Shown here: piece by piece, positions 19,342 through 28,841 of the stretch
Numbering within the stretch: position 1 is the stretch's first letter
Layout: each line of letters opens with the position of its first letter
Source: an uncultured Aliarcobacter sp.
Lineage (GTDB): Bacteria > Campylobacterota > Campylobacteria > Campylobacterales > Arcobacteraceae
Length of the DNA stretch: 64,000 nt
NCBI GenBank assembly: GCA_963664305.2
Contig: CAXXLV010000002.1
Coordinates: forward strand, 1,312,001-1,376,000
Direction of reading: 5' to 3'
Program-made: the position numbers and the translations under genes
Notes under the pieces: generated by a model
The model's input: only the letters and a program-made list of their open reading frames with translations
Told to the model about the DNA's origin: nothing
Database searches by the model: none

Positions 19342-20679
19342 TTATTTTCTTTCTTTATAATTTATTTTTTTTGGGCTAAATTTTCTATATAAAACCACTG
19401 CAATGATGCAAGTAATAAATTCAGCCATTGGTATTGCCATAAATATTCCATTTTTATCAAATAAAATTGGTAAAGTGAATACAAAAAATACAGGAAAAAT
19501 AAAACTTCTAGACAATGCAATAATCATCGATGCTAAAGGTTTATGAATTGCTGTTAAATATGAAGAAATAACCAGACTAACACCATCAAAAAGAAAAATT
19601 ATCCATATAAATGTAGCAAAATTTAAAACTAATTGTTTGGTTTTATAATTAGTATCTTCTAAAAAAATATTTGCCAAGCTATCTGGTATAAATAGAATCA
19701 GTATTATCATTATAAAACCAACTAAACTTGTACATATAAAAGCAAATTTTAAAAATTCTTCTATTCTTTTACTCTGTTTTGCACCAAAATTTTTGCTAAT
19801 AATTGGTTGTAAAGAGTCACTTATTCCAAAACTTATCATTATTCCAATAAATAATAGATATTCAATAACTGTAAATGCAGCAATACCCTCTACACCAAAA
19901 TTTTTTATCATAACATAGTTAAAAATTAAAGTCATTATTCCTATTGAAATTTCATTTACAAACTCTGAAGCTCCATTGTAAGAGGCTCTTATAATTTGAA
20001 TATAATTTCCAATTGGTTTTACAAATTTAAGTGTTGCTTTTTTTGAATAAAAATGAGGCAATAAAATAAATATTAAAGCAAGTTGAGAAATACCAGTAGC
20101 TAACGATGCTCCCAAAATGCCTTTTTCTAAATATACAATCATAAACCAATCTAATACAACATTTATAAGAGCGCTTGAAAGTAAAGCAATAAAAGCAAGA
20201 TTTGGCCTATTATCAACTCTTACAAAATAATCTAAAACAACTCCAATCATCAAAAAAGGAATAAAAATCAACATAATAGATAAATACTCTATTGCAATTT
20301 TCGTTAAATTCTCATCTGCTCCAAAAAGATGTAAAATAGTTTCAATATTTAAAAATAAAATAGTAGAAGATATAAAACTAAATAAAGTAATACAAACAAT
20401 AGCTTTACTAAAAATCATAGAAGCACTTTTACTATCTCCTTCTCCTATCAGCTTTCCAGAAACAACACTACTACCAATTGCCAACATTAAAGCAAAGCCA
20501 AAAAGTAAAGAGAAAATAGGAAAAGTTATATTAATTGCTGCAAGTCCAAAATCGCCTACATAATTTCCTATAAAAAATCCATCAACGATACTTGCTGATG
20601 AAATTGCCAACATTCCTAATACAGAAGGTATTGAATATTGGAAAAAAACAGATAATATTTTATCTTTTGTTACGTTCAT
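19342..20679 (-). CDS. MATE family efflux transporter
   Basis: 445 aa, about 12 TM, IVDGFFIGNYVG, INVVLDWF, QPIISKNFGA. Confidence 0.92.
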   Translation of the reverse strand: MNVTKDKILSVFFQYSIPSVLGMLAISSASIVDGFFIGNYVGDFGLAAINITFPIFSLLFGFALMLAIGSSVVSGKLIGEGDSKSASMIFSKAIVCITLFSFISSTILFLNIETILHLFGADENLTKIAIEYLSIMLIFIPFLMIGVVLDYFVRVDNRPNLAFIALLSSALINVVLDWFMIVYLEKGILGASLATGISQLALIFILLPHFYSKKATLKFVKPIGNYIQIIRASYNGASEFVNEISIGIMTLIFNYVMIKNFGVEGIAAFTVIEYLLFIGIMISFGISDSLQPIISKNFGAKQSKRIEEFLKFAFICTSLVGFIMIILILFIPDSLANIFLEDTNYKTKQLVLNFATFIWIIFLFDGVSLVISSYLTAIHKPLASMIIALSRSFIFPVFFVFTLPILFDKNGIFMAIPMAEFITCIIAVVLYRKFSPKKINYKERK

Positions 20680-20874
20680 GAAATTTCTTTTTAATAATTT
20701 TTTAAATTTAAAAAATACTTTATTAATTTTGTTTTAAGAATTGTAATTGATTATAAAATTTTTAGGATCTAATACTCATATGTATTATGTAAGTTTTATT
20801 TTTCTTTGTTCAAAATTATATAAATTTATTTTTATAAACTAGTGGTCTAATCTTATCAAAAGAAAACTTTTTTT

Positions 20875-20897
20875 TAAATAAACTAGTAGTTTATTTA
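20875..20897. promoter_or_regulatory. TetR-type operator palindrome upstream of the MATE gene (second degenerate copy at 20834-20850)
   Basis: Perfect 11-1-11 inverted repeat TAAATAAACTA-G-TAGTTTATTTA; related ATAAACTAGTGGTCTAA about 40 bp away. Confidence 0.6.
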
Positions 20898-20970
20898 GTT
20901 TGATTATTCATAATTTACTTTATGATTTAGAAAAAGAAGTGAAATAAAATAGCTTTAATTTTTTAATATT

Positions 20971-21003
20971 AAAAAAGCCCCATCAAAAAATTGACAGGGC
21001 TTT
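20971..21003 (-). terminator. Rho-independent terminator of valS
   Basis: Minus strand AAAGCCCTGTCAA-TTTT-TTGATGGGGCTTTTTT: stem plus U-tract. Confidence 0.8.
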
Positions 21004-21027
21004 AAAAAATCTGATACAAAATCTTTT

Positions 21028-23643
21028 TTAACTTAAAGATTTAAGTTCAGCCTCTATTTTTTCAAGTCTAGTTTTTACTTCTTCTAATGCTTTTCTATTT
21101 TCTGCAATAACTGCTTCAGGAGCATTTGCTACAAATCTTTCATTTGATAACATACCATTTAGTTTATCAAACTCTTTTTGTGTTTTTTCTTGTTGTTTAG
21201 TTAATTTATCAATGATTGGTTTCATATCAATTTCACTTGTTGGAAGATATACTTCTAAGTTATCAGAAACATCAGTGATACTATTTTCAACTTTCGCATC
21301 TACAAACTCTATATCTTCAACTTTTGCAAGTTTTTCAATAAATGGTTTTGCAACAGCTGTATCAATTGATTTATCAAGTTTGATATATGCTTTTGCAATT
21401 TTTGAGTTACCCATATCAATAATAACTTTTGCTCTTCTAATAGCTGTAATTGCTTCTTCAATAATAGCAAACATAGATTCAATATTTTCATCTTTTTTTA
21501 CATCTTTAGGGAAGTTCATTATCATTAAAGAATCACCCTCTTCTAAAGTTGTTCCACTTAATTTGTGATATAAATAATCAGAAATAAATGGCATAAATGG
21601 AGAAACCATTTTTAAAGTTTCTTTGAAAATTGCCCCAAGTTCAACGATACTATCTTTGCTAGCTTTTGAGTACTCAATTCCCCAGTCACAGAATTCAGTC
21701 CATACAAATCTATATAAAACTGAAGCCGCTTCATTGAATTTATAAGACTCTAATGCACCTCTTACTTCATCAATAGCATCACTTAGTCTGCTTTGCATAT
21801 ATAATCCAAGAGGAGATTTAATTTCGATATCTTTTAAATCTGGGAATGTATCAACATTTAGGCTTAAGAAATTAGATGCATTATAAAGTTTATTTGTAAA
21901 GTTTCTAAATTGCTCTAAATTTTTTGCACCTAACTTAATATCTCTTCCTTGAACTGCTAAATATGCAAGTGTAAATCTAATGATATCAGCACTATGTTCT
22001 TCAACCATGTCAAGTGGGTCGATTACATTTCCTTTTGATTTAGACATTTTTGCACCATGCTCATCTCTTACTAATGCGTGCATATAAATATCTTTAAATG
22101 GTAATTCACCTCTAAAGTGCTCACCCATCATCATCATTCTTGCAACCCAGAAGAACATAATATCAAAACCAGTGATTAATAAAGAGTTTGGATAAAAATC
22201 TTTTAAATCCGATTCATTAAATGTTCCTTGCATATTTCCATTATTTCCCCATCCTAGTGGTGAAAATGCCCATAAAGCAGATGAGAACCAAGTATCAAGA
22301 ACATCTGGGTCTTGGTGAATATTTTTACTTGAACAATGTGGACAAGCTTCTGGCTCATCTTTTTTATCTGCCCATTGGTGTCCGCAATCATCACAATAAA
22401 ATACTGGAATTCTATGTCCCCACCATAATTGTCTAGAAATACACCAATCTCTTAACTCATCCATCCAAGCTCTATATGAATTTAACCAATGACTTGGGTG
22501 GAATTTAGTTTCACCTTCATATGTTTTTCTAATAGATTCAGCTGCTACTTCTTTTCTTACAAACCATTGCTTAGAGATATATGGTTCAACGATATTTTTA
22601 CATCTGTAACAGTGTCCTACTTGATGATTATGCTCTTCAATTTTTACAACAAATCCTTCATCTTGAAGTTTTTGCACAATAATTGGTCTAGCTTCTAATC
22701 TTTCAAGTCCAGCAAACTCTCCACAGAAGTCATTTAAAATACCTTTTTCATCAAAACAAGTAATAAATTCTAAATCATGTCTTTTTCCAACTTCGTAGTC
22801 GTTTTGGTCATGAGCAGGAGTAACTTTTACAACACCCGTTCCAAATTCCATATCAACATGCTCATCAGTAATTACTTTGATTTTTCTGTCAGTTAATGGT
22901 AAAACTACTTCTTTTCCAACTATATCTTTATATCTTTCATCATTTGGATGAACCATAATAGCTGTATCCCCAAAATATGTTTCAGGTCTTGTAGTTGCTA
23001 CTGTTACAAACCCAGAACCATCAGCAAAGTGATAGTTCATGTGATAGAATTTACCATTTACCTCATCATGTTCAACTTCGATATCTGATAATGCACCATC
23101 ATGTGTACACCAGTTAACCATATAGTTATTTTGAACAATCATTCCTTCATTATATAGATGAACAAAAGCTTCTTTTACAGCTTCTTTTAGTCCTTCATCC
23201 ATAGTAAATCTTTCTCTAGACCAAGCTGGACTTACTCCTAATTTTCTCATTTGATGAACAATAGTTCCACCAGAGAACTCTTTCCATTTCCAAACTCTTT
23301 CAAGAAACTTTTCTCTACCTAATTCTTCTTTTGTAGTACCTTCAGCTAAAAGTTGTTTTTCAACAACATTTTGAGTTGCAATTCCTGCATGGTCTGTTCC
23401 TGGTTGCCAAAGTGTTTTGAAACCATCCATTCTTTTATATCTAGTAATAATATCTTGTAAAGTAAATGTCAATGCATGCCCAATATGTAAACTACCTGTT
23501 ACATTTGGTGGTGGCATCATAATAGCAAAGTTTTTTCCTTCTTCCTGAATAGATTTATTTCCATCTATTTCAAAATATCCTCTGCTTTCCCAAATTTTAT
23601 AAAAACTATCTTCTACCTTTGATGGTTCATATTTTTCGCTCAT
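21028..23643 (-). CDS. valS: Valine--tRNA ligase
   Basis: PPPNVTGSLHIGH, DWCISRQLWWGH, KMSKS, C-terminal coiled-coil arm. Confidence 0.99.
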   Translation of the reverse strand: MSEKYEPSKVEDSFYKIWESRGYFEIDGNKSIQEEGKNFAIMMPPPNVTGSLHIGHALTFTLQDIITRYKRMDGFKTLWQPGTDHAGIATQNVVEKQLLAEGTTKEELGREKFLERVWKWKEFSGGTIVHQMRKLGVSPAWSRERFTMDEGLKEAVKEAFVHLYNEGMIVQNNYMVNWCTHDGALSDIEVEHDEVNGKFYHMNYHFADGSGFVTVATTRPETYFGDTAIMVHPNDERYKDIVGKEVVLPLTDRKIKVITDEHVDMEFGTGVVKVTPAHDQNDYEVGKRHDLEFITCFDEKGILNDFCGEFAGLERLEARPIIVQKLQDEGFVVKIEEHNHQVGHCYRCKNIVEPYISKQWFVRKEVAAESIRKTYEGETKFHPSHWLNSYRAWMDELRDWCISRQLWWGHRIPVFYCDDCGHQWADKKDEPEACPHCSSKNIHQDPDVLDTWFSSALWAFSPLGWGNNGNMQGTFNESDLKDFYPNSLLITGFDIMFFWVARMMMMGEHFRGELPFKDIYMHALVRDEHGAKMSKSKGNVIDPLDMVEEHSADIIRFTLAYLAVQGRDIKLGAKNLEQFRNFTNKLYNASNFLSLNVDTFPDLKDIEIKSPLGLYMQSRLSDAIDEVRGALESYKFNEAASVLYRFVWTEFCDWGIEYSKASKDSIVELGAIFKETLKMVSPFMPFISDYLYHKLSGTTLEEGDSLMIMNFPKDVKKDENIESMFAIIEEAITAIRRAKVIIDMGNSKIAKAYIKLDKSIDTAVAKPFIEKLAKVEDIEFVDAKVENSITDVSDNLEVYLPTSEIDMKPIIDKLTKQQEKTQKEFDKLNGMLSNERFVANAPEAVIAENRKALEEVKTRLEKIEAELKSLS

Positions 23644-23797
23644 TAAAAATCCTATAATTTTCTTAAATATACGCGATTATATCCACTTTTTACTTAGGTT
23701 GTCTTTTTGCTAAATTTTATTTAACATCAGAAATATTATTTTTTCTAATATTGTGTTATAATCTTTTCCTATATATTTCAATTATTAAGGAGAGAAA

Positions 23798-24472
23798 ATG
23801 ATTAAAATAATTTTAGGAAGTTTTGTTTTAGCATCATCAATTTTTGCAGTTGATTTACAATCAACAGGAGTAGAAGTAACTTATAAAAATTCAAGCGATG
23901 AAGATAAAACAATTACAATAAAAAGAGAAAAACCTGAAGAGTGTAAAGATGTAAAGTTTGATCCAAAAACTGTTTATGGTGGTAATGGTCAAGCTGCTGA
24001 ATCTATAAATGCAAATTGTAAAAGAGCATTTGTTACATATATGGGGAAAATTTCTCCTATCAAATTTTCTGATAAAGTTGAAACTTATGGAGAAGTTGAA
24101 GTTTTAGAATTTATGGAAAAAGCAAAAACAAATAAAAATTTAATGCTTGTAGATTCAAGAACTGAAAACTGGTTTTATCATGAAACAATTCCAGGAGCAG
24201 TTAATGTTCCATATATTTATTTAAAACAATCACAATATCCAGATGAATTTGAAGAATATTTAGGAATTCTTGGGGTAAAAAAAGTTAATGGAAAATATGA
24301 TTTTTCAAATGCTAAAGAAGTTCTTATGTTTTGTAATGGAGCATGGTGTGGACAATCACCTGAATCTATGAAAGCATTAACAGCTATTGGTTATCCAGAA
24401 GAAAAATTAAAATGGTATAGAGGTGGAATGCAATCTTGGTTAAGTTTAGGACTTACAACTGTAAAACCTTAA
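23798..24472 (+). CDS. Periplasmic rhodanese-like sulfurtransferase
   Basis: Signal peptide, VDSR, TIPGAVNVP, active loop FCNGAWCGQS, WYRGGMQSW; extended -10 TGTTATAAT at 23754-23762. Confidence 0.9.
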   Translation: MIKIILGSFVLASSIFAVDLQSTGVEVTYKNSSDEDKTITIKREKPEECKDVKFDPKTVYGGNGQAAESINANCKRAFVTYMGKISPIKFSDKVETYGEVEVLEFMEKAKTNKNLMLVDSRTENWFYHETIPGAVNVPYIYLKQSQYPDEFEEYLGILGVKKVNGKYDFSNAKEVLMFCNGAWCGQSPESMKALTAIGYPEEKLKWYRGGMQSWLSLGLTTVKP

Positions 24473-24499
24473 TAAAAGTGGAGAAAATCTCCACTTTTA
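24473..24499. terminator. Bidirectional terminator between convergent genes
   Basis: TAAAAGTGGAGA-AAA-TCTCCACTTTTA. Confidence 0.75.
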
Positions 24500-25555
24500 C
24501 TCAAAAATATTTTCAAATATTTCTACTAAACTTTCATCAATTTTTCCAAGTTTTGCTTCTTCTTTCATAATTTCAATTGCTTTTGTATGTTCAAATGCTT
24601 TTCTATAAACTCTATCTTCTCTTAAAGCATTATAAATTACTAAACAACTAAGTAACCTATCTTTCAAACTCAAACTTTTTCCATCAAAATTATAAATATA
24701 ACCACTTCCATCTAATCTTTCTTGCACTTTTATTGCAATAGATAAGATATCATTAAATCCCATGATTGCAGTTAGTATTTTTTTTGTATGGTAAGGATAA
24801 GATTTTATTAGTTCAAATTCTTCAGAAGATAGTTTCTCTTTTTTATTTAAAATTGAATTAGGTATCAACATCTTTCCTATATTTTGTAAAGAGGTAGCTA
24901 TTAAAAATATTTGTTTATCTTTATGTTCAAAATTAAATTCATCAGCTATTTTTGAAGCTCTTTCTATGATTCTTGAATTTTTATTCTCAAGCTTATGAAA
25001 AATTGTTGTCAAATTTAAAATTTCTTCAAAATCTAAAACCGTAGTAAAGTCGTGTAAAGATGAATAAATATACATCAAAATCTCATTTTCATATTGTAAA
25101 TCCAACCAAAAAGATATTTGTGATGAAACAGTTAAAAAATTGTCTATTAAATCTTTTGAAAAATTTTCTTTATTCTCTTTTACAAATTCTATTGCTTTAA
25201 ATCTATTTTCTATTTGATTATTTCCCAAATTAAACATTTTGTCTAATTTTGAAGAAAATTCAATAATCTCTTTTATCAAACTATCTTCTAAAAACTCTTT
25301 TGTATTTAAAAAAGGAATTTTTTCTAACTCTTTTTTTTCTAAATTATAAATCAACGATAAAGAACATAAATCTGCCATCATTTTTGGTTCGAGATTAAAT
25401 TTTGCACCTAAATTTAAAGCTATATATGAAACTCTTTTAAAATGATTTAATGGTGTTCCCTCTAAATCAAACTCTTTAAAATCTAAAATTGCACTCATTG
25501 ATAAAAGGAAATTATTTAGGTTAAATGCCATTTGTTTTTTCTTATCCATATCCAT
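24497..25555 (-). CDS. Degenerate HD-GYP domain protein (probably catalytically inactive)
   Basis: HD-GYP scaffold (IGKMLIPNSILNK, ERLDGSGY, REDRVYRK) but HD changed to QN, HHE to VQE and GYP to GYI. Confidence 0.85.
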   Translation of the reverse strand: MDMDKKKQMAFNLNNFLLSMSAILDFKEFDLEGTPLNHFKRVSYIALNLGAKFNLEPKMMADLCSLSLIYNLEKKELEKIPFLNTKEFLEDSLIKEIIEFSSKLDKMFNLGNNQIENRFKAIEFVKENKENFSKDLIDNFLTVSSQISFWLDLQYENEILMYIYSSLHDFTTVLDFEEILNLTTIFHKLENKNSRIIERASKIADEFNFEHKDKQIFLIATSLQNIGKMLIPNSILNKKEKLSSEEFELIKSYPYHTKKILTAIMGFNDILSIAIKVQERLDGSGYIYNFDGKSLSLKDRLLSCLVIYNALREDRVYRKAFEHTKAIEIMKEEAKLGKIDESLVEIFENIFE

Positions 25556-25641
25556 CCTATTTGAATTAAAATTAAAACTATTACTTATATAAAAGTGATA
25601 TTACAATATAATTTTTAATTATAAAATAAAAAAGGAGTTTT

Positions 25642-26559
25642 ATGTTTAAAAATATTCTATTTTCACTTTTACTGTCAATATATGCTTTTGCATTTGATTA
25701 TAATTTAAAACCTATAAAAGTATCTTCTGATGTTTGGTGTTTTTTTGGAAAACTTGAAGCACCAACAAAAGAAAATGGTGGTTTTATGTCAAATAGTTGT
25801 TATATTAAAACAAATAAAAGTTATGTTTTGATTGATTCAGGAGCAAGTTATGATTTTGCAAATCAAGCTTATAAAGCTATGGAAAAAATAGAAAAACTAC
25901 CAGTTAATACAGTAATTACAACTCATGCTCATGATGACCATTGGTTAGGAAATAATTTTTATAAAGAAAAATTTAATGCAAAAATTTATGGTCCATCTCT
26001 TATAAATAAAGAATTTAATACAAATTCAGAAATAAGAGGAGTTAAAATTCTTTCAGAAGAGAATAAAAAAAATACAAAATTTGTAGCAGTTGATGAAATC
26101 ATAAATGAAACTAAAACTTTAAATATAGATGGTAAAGAAATAATAGTTATCCCAACAGGAGTAAAAGCTCATACATCAGATGATTTATTTGTTTATTTAC
26201 CAAATGATAAAGTTTTATTTTCAGGTGATATTGTAATGAATGGAAGAGTTACATCAAATAGAGATGGTTCTGTTATTGGTTCATTAAAAGCACTTGAGAT
26301 GATAAATTCAAAAAAATGGGATGTTTTAGTGCCTGGTCATGGAGTTGATACTTCAAAAACAGCAGCAGATGAAACAATAAAATATTTTACTTTATTAAAA
26401 CAAAGAGTTCTTGAAGCTATTGAAAATGAAGTTACAGGAAATGATATAACAAAAATTGTAACAATGGATGAATACAAAAACAAAGCTTTATATGATGAAT
26501 TAAATAGTAAAAATGTTTTTGATGCATTTAGAGAATTAGAATTTTACGAGGAGAATTAA
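25642..26559 (+). CDS. SoxH-like periplasmic metallo-beta-lactamase-fold hydrolase
   Basis: Signal peptide, NGGFMSNS, THAHDDHWLGN, AHT, FSGD, VPGHG; lies near the sox cluster. Confidence 0.8.
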   Translation: MFKNILFSLLLSIYAFAFDYNLKPIKVSSDVWCFFGKLEAPTKENGGFMSNSCYIKTNKSYVLIDSGASYDFANQAYKAMEKIEKLPVNTVITTHAHDDHWLGNNFYKEKFNAKIYGPSLINKEFNTNSEIRGVKILSEENKKNTKFVAVDEIINETKTLNIDGKEIIVIPTGVKAHTSDDLFVYLPNDKVLFSGDIVMNGRVTSNRDGSVIGSLKALEMINSKKWDVLVPGHGVDTSKTAADETIKYFTLLKQRVLEAIENEVTGNDITKIVTMDEYKNKALYDELNSKNVFDAFRELEFYEEN

Positions 26560-26577
26560 TCTCCTCTTTTCTTTCTT

Positions 26578-26594
26578 GTTTCACTATGTGAAAC
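26578..26594. promoter_or_regulatory. IclR-type operator palindrome
   Basis: Perfect GTTTCAC-TAT-GTGAAAC upstream of the pfpI-iclR pair. Confidence 0.6.
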
Positions 26595-26679
26595 TAAAAA
26601 AAACTAACTTTTAAATAAATATTATTTTAATACAACTTCCTATAAAATCTTTGCTAATTTAAAAATTTAAGGAGAACTT

Positions 26680-27246
26680 ATGTCAAAAAAAATTTTAATA
26701 TTAGCAGGTGATTTTGTAGAAGATTATGAACTTATGGTTCCTTTTCAATGTCTAAAAATGTTAGGTTATAGTGTTGATGTTGTTTGTCCTAATAAAAAAG
26801 CAAATGAGCAAATAAAAACTGCAATTCATGATTTTGAGGGTGACCAAACTTATACAGAAAAACCAGGTCATAACTTCACTTTAAATGCCTCATTTGACGA
26901 GATTAATGAAGCAACTTATGATGCGCTACTTATTCCAGGTGGTAGAGCTCCTGAATATATTAGATTAAATCCTAGAGTTATTGAAATCGTTCAAAATTTC
27001 AACAAAGCTAATAAACCAATTGCATCTGTTTGCCATGGTATTTTAGTTTTAGCAGCTGCTGGAATTATCGCAAATAAAACTTGTTCTTGTTATCCAGCTT
27101 GTGCACCTGATGTTGGTTTAAGTGGTGGTAAATGGGCAGATATTGGATTTGAAAGTGCAATAGTTGATGGAAACTTAGTTACAGCTGCTGCTTGGCCTGC
27201 ACATCCTGAATGGTTAGCAAAATTTAATGAGTTATTAACAAAATAA
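26680..27246 (+). CDS. DJ-1/PfpI family protein (glyoxalase III/deglycase-like)
   Basis: GDFVEDYE, TYTEKPGHNF, PGGRAPEYIR, nucleophile SVCHG. Confidence 0.92.
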   Translation: MSKKILILAGDFVEDYELMVPFQCLKMLGYSVDVVCPNKKANEQIKTAIHDFEGDQTYTEKPGHNFTLNASFDEINEATYDALLIPGGRAPEYIRLNPRVIEIVQNFNKANKPIASVCHGILVLAAAGIIANKTCSCYPACAPDVGLSGGKWADIGFESAIVDGNLVTAAAWPAHPEWLAKFNELLTK

Positions 27247-27250
27247 TTTT

Positions 27251-27985
27251 ATGTCTAATCAATTAAAATCTTTATCTAAGGGTTTAAATGTTTATAGGTT
27301 TATCATAGATTATGGTAAACCTATTTTAGCCGTTACTTTGTGTGAAAAATTAAATATTGACAAAAGTACAATGTCTAGAATTTTAAAAACTTTAAAAGAA
27401 GAAGATTTTATCTCATATTTAGAAAATTCAAATGAAATCATTGCAAATGATTTATCTAATAAAACAAATCAATCTACAAAAATTGAACTACTTATCAAAG
27501 CAACTAAATTTTTACTTGAAGAAATTTCTACAAAAACAAATGAATGTGCATATTTAGGTATTTTTGATGATTATAAAATCTCTTATATAAATCAAATTGA
27601 TTTATCAAATCAAAAATTAAAAACAAGAAACAACATAGGTATTAAAACAAATCTACATACAAGTGCTTTGGGAAAATCTATTTTAGCTTTTGGTAATTAT
27701 GATTTAGAAAAAATTAAATTTAATCAATATACAACAAACACTATTACAGATATAAAAACACTAAACAATGAATTAAGTATGATAAAAAACAAAGGTTTTG
27801 CTATTGATAATAAAGAGTACCAAGATGGAATGTCTTGTGTTGCCGTTCCACTTTTTAATAAAGAAAATATTTTAATAGGTGCAGTTGGAATATCAGGAAA
27901 TTCATCTAGATTAAAAGATAATAAACTAAATGAAATTGGAGAACTTATCTCAGATATTGTCTCAAAATATTCAATAGTTTATTAA
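27251..27985 (+). CDS. IclR family transcriptional regulator
   Basis: HTH DKSTMSRILKTL; C-terminal LHTSALGKSIL, GFAIDNKE, CVAVP, GAVGISG. Confidence 0.92.
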   Translation: MSNQLKSLSKGLNVYRFIIDYGKPILAVTLCEKLNIDKSTMSRILKTLKEEDFISYLENSNEIIANDLSNKTNQSTKIELLIKATKFLLEEISTKTNECAYLGIFDDYKISYINQIDLSNQKLKTRNNIGIKTNLHTSALGKSILAFGNYDLEKIKFNQYTTNTITDIKTLNNELSMIKNKGFAIDNKEYQDGMSCVAVPLFNKENILIGAVGISGNSSRLKDNKLNEIGELISDIVSKYSIVY

Positions 27986-27996
27986 CTCTTTTTTAT

Positions 27997-28785
27997 TTAG
28001 TCTGCAACAATTTCTTCTATTGCATCTTTTGATTCAGTTGTCATATCTAAATCGATATGTGGTGCATCTACAGCTTCCACAAGTTTTACATCAAAACCTT
28101 TTTCTTTTGCTAATTTATAAAAATCTTTTGTAACTTCTGGTTTTGAAATATCATCTGCTGTTCCATAAACAAGTACAAACTTAGTATTTTTAGATACATT
28201 ATCTAAAACATCAACAATTGAAATTAAACCTTTTTCTTTACTTTTTTCATGTACATTATAAACTCCACCAGCACAAACAATATTGTTTATTAAATCAGGT
28301 TTTACTCCAGTTAAAGTTGCACCCATCATACAACCAGCACTATGACCAATATATGTAAGTTTATTTGCTTTATATTTTTCTTTTAAAGCTTCAACTAATG
28401 AACCTAAAAATTCAACATACTCTTTTTTAGCAGCTAAATTTTCTACACCATCATGAGATAATGAAGTAAATTTATTTGTAGAACTTCCTGAATATCCCGG
28501 AAGAGCAACTGCAATTGTAGTTATATCTGTTCTCATTGCTAAATCTTCTGCAAAAGGAGCATAACGAGCAAGTGTGTCAGTTCCATCTTTCCAAGTTCCA
28601 TGAACTATGATATTTAAAGCACCTTCTTCTTCACCTGAAAATTTTTTATATTGGATACATTCATTTCCTGCAAATATAAAATTTTCACCTTTATTAGAAC
28701 ATTCATCTTTTGATATAGTTGCTGCATTCAAAGACAATGTAACAAGGGCAGGTAAAAAACCTAAAAAATATTTTTTATTTATCAT
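27997..28785 (-). CDS. Exported alpha/beta hydrolase
   Basis: Signal peptide, HG oxyanion motif, nucleophile GHSAG, GTADD acid residue, APH His. Confidence 0.8.
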   Translation of the reverse strand: MINKKYFLGFLPALVTLSLNAATISKDECSNKGENFIFAGNECIQYKKFSGEEEGALNIIVHGTWKDGTDTLARYAPFAEDLAMRTDITTIAVALPGYSGSSTNKFTSLSHDGVENLAAKKEYVEFLGSLVEALKEKYKANKLTYIGHSAGCMMGATLTGVKPDLINNIVCAGGVYNVHEKSKEKGLISIVDVLDNVSKNTKFVLVYGTADDISKPEVTKDFYKLAKEKGFDVKLVEAVDAPHIDLDMTTESKDAIEEIVAD

Positions 28786-28841
28786 TGCTTCTCCTTTAAA
28801 AATATTAAATTTTATTATAGCTTGTTTATTTATAATTCTAA

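Noticed and set aside
23644..23797. Possible T-box or leader upstream of valS
   Set aside because: The gap is short, holds divergent promoters, and has no T-box motif or terminator.
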